From Candidatus Zixiibacteriota bacterium (lineage in GTDB: Bacteria; Zixibacteria; MSB-5A5; UBA10806; 4484-95): DNA of 64,000 nucleotides. Below the pieces are notes generated by a model, which was not told the origin of the DNA, ran no database searches, and saw only the letters and a program-made list of their open reading frames with translations. The stretch spans positions 96,001 through 160,000 of the forward strand of contig JBBIRK010000003.1 in assembly GCA_037441845.1 (NCBI GenBank). Direction: 5' to 3'. The translations under genes were made by a program, and so were the position numbers. Shown piece after piece: positions 57,771 through 64,000 of this stretch. Positions within the stretch are counted from its first letter, which is position 1; each line of letters opens with the position of its first letter.

Positions 57771-58531
57771 GTGATATCAAGATTTCCGTGGAATCCACGG
57801 AAAGTCCGCAGGTCGATGGTGAGATCACCATAGTTCGGGTCGACGGCGTTATCGATACGATCACCGCCCACGAATTGGAGAAGGTGGCTAATTCGCTGCT
57901 GGCGCAAAAACGTTTCAAAATCGTCGTCGATCTCGGCGGCGTCGATTATATCTCATCGGCGGGATGGGGCATTTTCATTTCCAATATCAGGGAAATCAGG
58001 CTGAATAACGGCGACATAAAGCTTTGCCGAATGATTCCCAACGTCTATGAAATTTTCGAGCTGCTCGAATTCGACAGTATCCTGCGCGCATTCGACAATG
58101 TGGAAAAAGCCAAAGCCGATTTCGCCGGCAATGCAGCGGCGAAAAAATCCGCACCGATAAAAGCGGAGGTGGCAGGCGGATCGGGGGCGGGCAATGTCGG
58201 CAGACCGACAATCTCGATGGAAAACGTTACCGGCGCCAAAGCGGCCGGTCAACCCGCCACCACAAAGATTTCCCTGAACGAACCCCATCAGCCCGTCTCC
58301 GCGACCGCCGTCCGTAAGGAACCCCCCAAAGCCCCCCGGCGTTTCGAAGATGCCATCCTCGAGCTTGTTGGCAAGGATCCCTTTTTGAGCGTGGGCGAAA
58401 TCAGAAAGGAAATCGCCCGTGAATTTCGCAAAACCGGTTATTTCAAAGTGTGGTGGACCTTGAGAAAATTGGGACTCGGTTCCAAGAGAAAAAGATTCTA
58501 TTTTGCTCGAACAAGGAACTTTTCCGCTTAG
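57767..58531 (+). CDS. STAS anti-anti-sigma-type protein with linker and C-terminal HTH-like domain
   Basis: VDGVIDT, VDLGGVDYISSAG (phosphoacceptor Ser); Ala/Pro-rich linker; basic helical C-terminus. Confidence 0.88.
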   Translation: MSDIKISVESTESPQVDGEITIVRVDGVIDTITAHELEKVANSLLAQKRFKIVVDLGGVDYISSAGWGIFISNIREIRLNNGDIKLCRMIPNVYEIFELLEFDSILRAFDNVEKAKADFAGNAAAKKSAPIKAEVAGGSGAGNVGRPTISMENVTGAKAAGQPATTKISLNEPHQPVSATAVRKEPPKAPRRFEDAILELVGKDPFLSVGEIRKEIAREFRKTGYFKVWWTLRKLGLGSKRKRFYFARTRNFSA

Positions 58532-58608
58532 GTATTTCCTATGGCTCGTTATTTAATCGATCCGAAACAGTCGCAATCCTGATCAAGGCGGAATTCGATA
58601 AAAAAATA

Positions 58609-60315
58609 ATGTCGGCACTCGGCGTTGTGCGCTTTATCGGGAAAAATAAAAAGGGATCGGAACTGACCGCGGAATTGTATCGGTTGCGAAACGATAATTT
58701 CGTGGGCAAAAAGATAATCGAGCTGCACCGGGCCGTCAATTTCGCCTTGACCTGCGGCCTGCGCAAAAATCCGCTGCACGTAGCAGCCGGTGAACTGAAA
58801 AAAATCTTTCATTTGGGCGATTTCATCATTTATGCCGGTGAGAAAGATGGCTTCAGCCCCATTATGAGCTCAGGAATCAACCTTCGCTCGATCAAAGGGG
58901 TGAAAGTGCCCGCTCTCGAATCCCGCAAGAGAAACAGACTGACCCCACCGGATGCTTTGCCCAGTATTAAACTTGCTGATATCGAGCGACTGCCTGCAGG
59001 ACTCGACGCCGATTTCGCGTTCGCCTATCCGGTTGCCAATCGCTACTTACTGTTCGTTGGGCAGGATCGCGCCGGTGAATTCGCCCGCTGTTGTTCGTTC
59101 GACGAGTTTAATAAGGAAATTTGGCCGGCGATAGTTTCGTTGGCCGATTCGGCGGCTGCTTTCAAAAAAAACCTAAGCAGAGTAAGAGAGCTCGAATCGG
59201 CGGATAACGAAAACCGCCGTCGAATCGAAAAGCTGACTTCGCAGAAACCGCCGCGTCCCGACGCTTCCCGCATGATCGAATTCACCAAACAGATATTTTC
59301 GATTTTCGACGAGCAACGCCTGCTGGAAATCATAGCCGGCTATCTTAAAACCACTTTCGCGGCCCGTAGCGTTGTTATTTTGACAAAGAACGATAGCGGC
59401 GGGTATTCCGTGGCGGTAATGCAGGGTGAGGGGGATAGGCCGATCGACAAACTGGAACTTTCGCCGGATTCCGAAGTTATAAAATTGCTGGCCGATAGCG
59501 ATGGGGCGATTCAAATCAAAAACAGCCGATTCATTGCCGATAGTCGCGAAATGGTGCAGAATGAAAAAGCCGACGGGTCGGCGATAGTCGATAAGCTGAC
59601 CAAAAAAGGAGATATGAGCCACATCTTGATTCTGAACGTCTCGGAAAGGGCGCGTACCGGCAACGAAAACGATCTGGCGACCTTATCGATTATGTCGAAT
59701 TTGGTTTCGCTGGCGCTGGGCAATATCGATCAGTATCGCCTGATAGAAAAAATGTCTTACACCGACAGCATGACCGGACTTTACAACTATCGCTATTTCT
59801 ATAAGCGCCTCAATGAGGAGATCTATCGCGCCCGAAGATTCAATCGCATGCTCTCCCTGGTGATTTTCGATGTGGACAATTTCAAGATAATCAACGACTC
59901 TTTCGGCCATCAGGCAGGCGATGAAGTCCTTAAGGGATTGGCATCGCTGGTGATAAGCAGCGTTCGGGCGATCGATGTGGTCAGCCGTTACGGGGGAGAG
60001 GAATTCTGCATAATCATGCCCGAAACCGATTCCTCGAGTTGCCGGATTTTCATGGAAAGACTTCGCTCTAAAATACAAAATCAAAAATTCGTCGGGGATG
60101 ATCGGCGGAAAGGATATGAAATCTCGGTTTCAATCGGCGGAGCGATTTTCCCTCAGGACGCCCAATCTGCCGACCGATTGATTTATTGCGCCGATATGGC
60201 TCTGCTGAAGGCGAAAGCCTCGGGGCGTAACCGCAGCGTAATGTTCGGCGCGGACATGCTTGAGGACAATTCCGATGAAAACCAAAATAAGGATAATATC
60301 GCTTATGAAACTTGA
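58609..60315 (+). CDS. GAF-GGDEF diguanylate cyclase (start uncertain; ATG 58609 preferred)
   Basis: TDSMTGLYNYR, DVDNFKIINDSFGHQAGD, RAID I-site, RYGGEEF. Confidence 0.9.
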   Translation: MSALGVVRFIGKNKKGSELTAELYRLRNDNFVGKKIIELHRAVNFALTCGLRKNPLHVAAGELKKIFHLGDFIIYAGEKDGFSPIMSSGINLRSIKGVKVPALESRKRNRLTPPDALPSIKLADIERLPAGLDADFAFAYPVANRYLLFVGQDRAGEFARCCSFDEFNKEIWPAIVSLADSAAAFKKNLSRVRELESADNENRRRIEKLTSQKPPRPDASRMIEFTKQIFSIFDEQRLLEIIAGYLKTTFAARSVVILTKNDSGGYSVAVMQGEGDRPIDKLELSPDSEVIKLLADSDGAIQIKNSRFIADSREMVQNEKADGSAIVDKLTKKGDMSHILILNVSERARTGNENDLATLSIMSNLVSLALGNIDQYRLIEKMSYTDSMTGLYNYRYFYKRLNEEIYRARRFNRMLSLVIFDVDNFKIINDSFGHQAGDEVLKGLASLVISSVRAIDVVSRYGGEEFCIIMPETDSSSCRIFMERLRSKIQNQKFVGDDRRKGYEISVSIGGAIFPQDAQSADRLIYCADMALLKAKASGRNRSVMFGADMLEDNSDENQNKDNIAYET

Positions 60316-61261
60316 AAGATGCTTTGGCATTTTGCTTTGTCTGGTTGCCTTGACCTCGGCGGCCGCCCAGGACGCTTATCGCATCGGTATCGATGACCGT
60401 CTTCAGATAAACGTATGGCAGGAACCGGACCTGGCCGCGACTGTTCGGGTGGGGCAGGACGGCAAAATAACTTTGCCTCTGATCGGGGAAGTGATGGCGG
60501 CCGGACTAACGACTTCGGAATTGGCCCGCAAGATAGTCCAACAGATTTCATTTTATAATCCGGCGGTTTCGCAAGCCACGGTCGTGGTGATCGAGTACAA
60601 CAGCCAATTCGTGGTCCTGTCGGGGGCGGTCAACAATCCGGGTCGGCACGCGTTCGAAAAAATCCCGAATCTGCTGGATGTCCTGAGTGCCGCCGGCGGC
60701 GCCACCGCCACCGCCGACCTGACGCGAGTGTCAATCATCCGCCAGGAAAACGGCCGCGCCAGAGTTATTGACGTGGATCTCGTCAAATACATTCGCGACG
60801 GCAACTTGGCCGACCTGCCGCCGCTTCAGGCAAAAGATATCATAAATGTGCCGGATTCCCCCTATGGAGTGGCGGCTCAGCAGCTGGTCAGCTCCGGCTA
60901 CAAGGGGAAAGATATCTATTTCATCTATGGCGCAGTGGCGCAACCCGGGGTGAAGAATATCAGCGAGGGGCTCGACCTGGTCGATGCGATCGCTTCGGCT
61001 GGGGGAATTGTCGCCGCCGCCGATATCAAGAATATCAGGTTGGTTTCAAAGGAAGCGCGTTATTCTACGGTGATGTCGTTCAATCTCGAAAAATACAATA
61101 AAGAGGGAAAGCCCGCGCGCTATATAATCCGCCCGGAAGATACCATATTCATTCCTTTCCAACCGACTACCACATCGTTCATAAACAGACTGCCGGAAAT
61201 CCTCATTCCCGGGATAATAACAACTGTGGTTACCACCATTCTGGTGCGGGAACTCAACTGA
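60305..61261 (+). CDS. Polysaccharide export protein (Wza/Poly_export + SLBB domains)
   Basis: Signal peptide, YRIGIDDRLQINVW, DGKITLPLIGEVMAAGLT, two SLBB repeats. Confidence 0.9.
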   Translation: MKLERCFGILLCLVALTSAAAQDAYRIGIDDRLQINVWQEPDLAATVRVGQDGKITLPLIGEVMAAGLTTSELARKIVQQISFYNPAVSQATVVVIEYNSQFVVLSGAVNNPGRHAFEKIPNLLDVLSAAGGATATADLTRVSIIRQENGRARVIDVDLVKYIRDGNLADLPPLQAKDIINVPDSPYGVAAQQLVSSGYKGKDIYFIYGAVAQPGVKNISEGLDLVDAIASAGGIVAAADIKNIRLVSKEARYSTVMSFNLEKYNKEGKPARYIIRPEDTIFIPFQPTTTSFINRLPEILIPGIITTVVTTILVRELN

Positions 61262-61262
61262 T

Positions 61263-62837
61263 ATGGCGACCGAGCAGAAACTGCATCTCCGCGAATACTG
61301 GCAGATACTCAAACGCCGGCGCTGGCTTTTAATTATGCCGGTCGTGATCATTCCGCTCACGGCTTTGCTTGCCACCTTTTTCATGACTCCGATCTACGAG
61401 GCTTCGACGACCGTGCTTATCAACGAGGCGAGCATATTGCCGCCTACGGTCGCCCGCAATCTCGAAACGGCCCCGCGCGGATTCCCCGATCGGGAAAATA
61501 TCCGCACCACCATATCGAATCAAATCCGCTCCACGGCGTTTTTGCGCAGTTTGATCACCAAGCTCGATCTCAAAGTGCCCGAATCGTTCCGCCGGGTGGC
61601 CGAGGAGGAACTGCGGAATACCCCCGATGTCTCGGCGGCCGAACTTGCCGAGCATATGTTTTTCCAGGCATTGCGGCAGCGGATTTCGGTTCAGGTTCAG
61701 GGGACGAATCTGGTTTCGATCTCCACTACCTCCGATTCGCCGGTGATGGCCAAACGTATGGCCGAGGCGCTGGCCGATATTTATCTCGAGGAAAATCTGG
61801 CTCATGACCTTGCCGGCGTTCAGGGAAGCATCACTTTCACCGAGGAACAGCTTGCGCTTTACCGGGATAAGCTTTATGCAGCGGAGGATAAAATCAGGAA
61901 TTTCCGACAGGGATTGATCACGAGCTCGGAAGATACGACATCGCTGGCGGCCAACTTAAGAGCAATCCTCTCGGCGATTCAGGGAATCGATATCGATCTG
62001 ACGGCTGCGGATCAGGAAAAGGCCGACCTGCGGGCGACGTTGTATGCCAACGGAATCGACCCGGCCTCTTTCACCCACCCGGCGGCGGTGAACACTTTGA
62101 AAAGCAGCCTCATGGCAACCGTTCCGCGCCTGGGTGAAATGTTGACCCGTTACAGCTGGCGCGATAACAAGGTCGTAACTCTCAATCAGGAGGCGATCGA
62201 CCTGGTTACGAAAATCGAAAACGAAATAAAATCGGCGGTTACCGCAAGATATCCGACCCAACCGAAAACGATTCAAGCCGATATCGCCCGTTACCAGCTG
62301 CTGGATATAAACATAGAATTCTTAACTGCCAAACGGACCGCGCTCGAAAAAGGAATGGGCAGGCTGAAAGCCCAGATGGCCCGCGACCCGGATATAGAAG
62401 TGACTCTCGACCGCCTGCAATCGGAGGTAACCAGATACCGCGACCTCTATAACCTTTTTGTGCAGCACGCCCAGTTCGCGGCGATCGACCAGAGCGCCAA
62501 GAAAATCGAGGCCGAGTCGAAATATGTAATCGTGCAGCCGGCGACTTTGCCCATGGCTCCGGTCAGCCCCAATCGCTTCCGAATCTTGTTATTAGGCTTG
62601 TTTATCGGCGTCGCTTTGGGCGGAGGCATAATCATTCTGCTCGAGATGATGGACGACTCGTTCAAGACGGTGGAACAAATAAGCGAAACACTGCACATGA
62701 CTGTTCTGGCAACTATCCCTCAGGTGCGAACACCCTACATGAAAAGCAGCCGCGATCGAGGAATCGTTTTAGTCGGGGGTGCCATCAGTCTGGCATTGTT
62801 GGCCGCGATAATCTTCATGAAATTCAGGAACGGCTGA
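61263..62837 (+). CDS. Polysaccharide chain-length determinant (GumC/Wzc membrane part, no kinase domain)
   Basis: LREYWQILKRRRW, PIYEAS, coiled coil, P..PVSPNR-TM, DDSFK...VLATIP. Confidence 0.9.
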   Translation: MATEQKLHLREYWQILKRRRWLLIMPVVIIPLTALLATFFMTPIYEASTTVLINEASILPPTVARNLETAPRGFPDRENIRTTISNQIRSTAFLRSLITKLDLKVPESFRRVAEEELRNTPDVSAAELAEHMFFQALRQRISVQVQGTNLVSISTTSDSPVMAKRMAEALADIYLEENLAHDLAGVQGSITFTEEQLALYRDKLYAAEDKIRNFRQGLITSSEDTTSLAANLRAILSAIQGIDIDLTAADQEKADLRATLYANGIDPASFTHPAAVNTLKSSLMATVPRLGEMLTRYSWRDNKVVTLNQEAIDLVTKIENEIKSAVTARYPTQPKTIQADIARYQLLDINIEFLTAKRTALEKGMGRLKAQMARDPDIEVTLDRLQSEVTRYRDLYNLFVQHAQFAAIDQSAKKIEAESKYVIVQPATLPMAPVSPNRFRILLLGLFIGVALGGGIIILLEMMDDSFKTVEQISETLHMTVLATIPQVRTPYMKSSRDRGIVLVGGAISLALLAAIIFMKFRNG

Positions 62838-62841
62838 TGAT

Positions 62842-63954
62842 ATGGAGCAATTGACTCTGACCAATAAACTAAGAGGGATGGGGAAAGAATTTTTCCTGCA
62901 GACCTCGGCCGATCCCCAGAAAGGAACCGGCACGAGCATCTTGTTCGAGGGCGGAAATCCGCTGGATATAATCGAGTTCAAAATCACCGATGACGGCCGG
63001 CCGCCGGCGGCGATCGTAGAGGAGTTCCATCGCAACCGGCTCGATAGATTCAATCGCCTAAGCGACCTGTATGCCGAGCTCAGTAACGAAACCGATCCTT
63101 CGATTTTGGAAAAACTGGCCCTTTCCCTGGTCGATCAGAAGCTGTATCGTGAGGCGGCGGCGATACTGGAACGGACGCTGATCGATTCGTCGCAGAATTC
63201 ACGGCTGTGGAATCATCTCGGCCTGATAAATCTCGAACTGCACGATTACGAAAAAGCCGCGGAGGATTTCAACCGCGCCATTCAACTGAATCCCGACTAT
63301 CCCGATTATCACCACAATTTGGGACGGGCCAATTTGAAATTGGGCCGATGCCTTCAAGCTTATCAGAATTTCGAAAAAGCAATCGAGCTGAATGTATATT
63401 TCGGCGAAGCTTATTACAATATGGCGCTGGCGGTGATTTTGAACGGAATAAAAAGGGAAGATTACGGCTTGGCTCAAAATCTCGAGGATAGAGCGACCAG
63501 CCTTTTGGCCAAGGCGGTCGGATTCAATCCTCTATTCAAGAATGATTTCCTGCAAAGGGGAATCGACGCATTGAGCAACAGAGATCTCCCGCAAGCCTAT
63601 TCGTTGATAAGCAACGGTTACGATCTTGCCTGCGAAAGCAAATTCCCCAAGAAGACCTATTATTTCCATCTCGATTATCTTTTCCGCCACGATCTGCTGA
63701 AAGAAGACGCGGTGGTGCGCCACATCAAGAAAATTCAGAGATTGATAGAAAAATACCCTAACTTCCCCGACCTTTACAACGAGCTCGGCCTGGCCTACAC
63801 CGTGCTTGCCCAATATCACAGCGACCGGGCGATCGAAGCTTTCGAGCGGGCGCTGAAAATAAATCCGAATTACCGGACCGCCCTGAAAAACCTCAAATTG
63901 ACGCAGAACGAATTGAAAGGTTTGAAAACCCTGCTGAGGGCTATTCTCAAATGA
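62842..63954 (+). CDS. Cytoplasmic TPR repeat protein
   Basis: Multiple TPRs (WNHLG...AIQLNPDYPDYHHNLG; ALKINPNYRTA). Confidence 0.88.
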   Translation: MEQLTLTNKLRGMGKEFFLQTSADPQKGTGTSILFEGGNPLDIIEFKITDDGRPPAAIVEEFHRNRLDRFNRLSDLYAELSNETDPSILEKLALSLVDQKLYREAAAILERTLIDSSQNSRLWNHLGLINLELHDYEKAAEDFNRAIQLNPDYPDYHHNLGRANLKLGRCLQAYQNFEKAIELNVYFGEAYYNMALAVILNGIKREDYGLAQNLEDRATSLLAKAVGFNPLFKNDFLQRGIDALSNRDLPQAYSLISNGYDLACESKFPKKTYYFHLDYLFRHDLLKEDAVVRHIKKIQRLIEKYPNFPDLYNELGLAYTVLAQYHSDRAIEAFERALKINPNYRTALKNLKLTQNELKGLKTLLRAILK

Positions 63955-64000
63955 AAGTGGAATCGATCATTAACTATTTCGATCGGGAGTCGGCGGAAGC
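63951..64000 (+). CDS. Start of the next gene (MKVESIINYFDRESAE...), possibly a CpsD/CapB-type tyrosine kinase
   Basis: ATGA overlap with the TPR gene; identity inferred only from context after a kinase-less GumC. Confidence 0.4.
   Translation, partial: MKVESIINYFDRESAE

Overview
A 64-kb bacterial chromosomal segment of core and accessory genes, with no rRNA, tRNA, CRISPR array or intact mobile element recognised. Secreted proteases ending in a dockerin-like or 'YPNPFN' sorting-type tail suggest an FCB-group candidate phylum such as Zixibacteria (inference). In order, the window holds: the end of a SUF Fe-S operon; a convergent ferritin-like/aconitase/saccharopine-dehydrogenase-like cluster; a secreted Zn metalloprotease; cytochrome c-ctaA-ctaB; a mevalonate operon with an HMG-CoA reductase-mevalonate kinase fusion; asnB; an ECF sigma/anti-sigma/TPR module; a gingipain-like C25 protease; a degenerate rubrerythrin; pepA; dcd with a four-subunit pyruvate:ferredoxin oxidoreductase; terC; an orphan flagellin-like gene; cobO-trxB-osmC-lipA; an HD-GYP regulator; malic enzyme; a frameshifted glycosyltransferase-HAD phosphatase fusion; a C1 protease; palindromic repeats; and a signalling/exopolysaccharide operon. 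Three results stand out. (1) A signal-peptide thioredoxin-TPR gene truncated in the ORF track is a selenoprotein candidate, with W-U-S-A-C and a SECIS-like hairpin. (2) A second small Cys-rich protein may end in C-G-C-G-U-K-K, also with a SECIS-like hairpin. (3) A sigma-less partner-switching system has kinase and phosphatase in one membrane protein; this protein and its STAS partner both carry IS481-transposase-like HTH modules, and they are coupled to an orphan ParA, a diguanylate cyclase and polysaccharide export genes.
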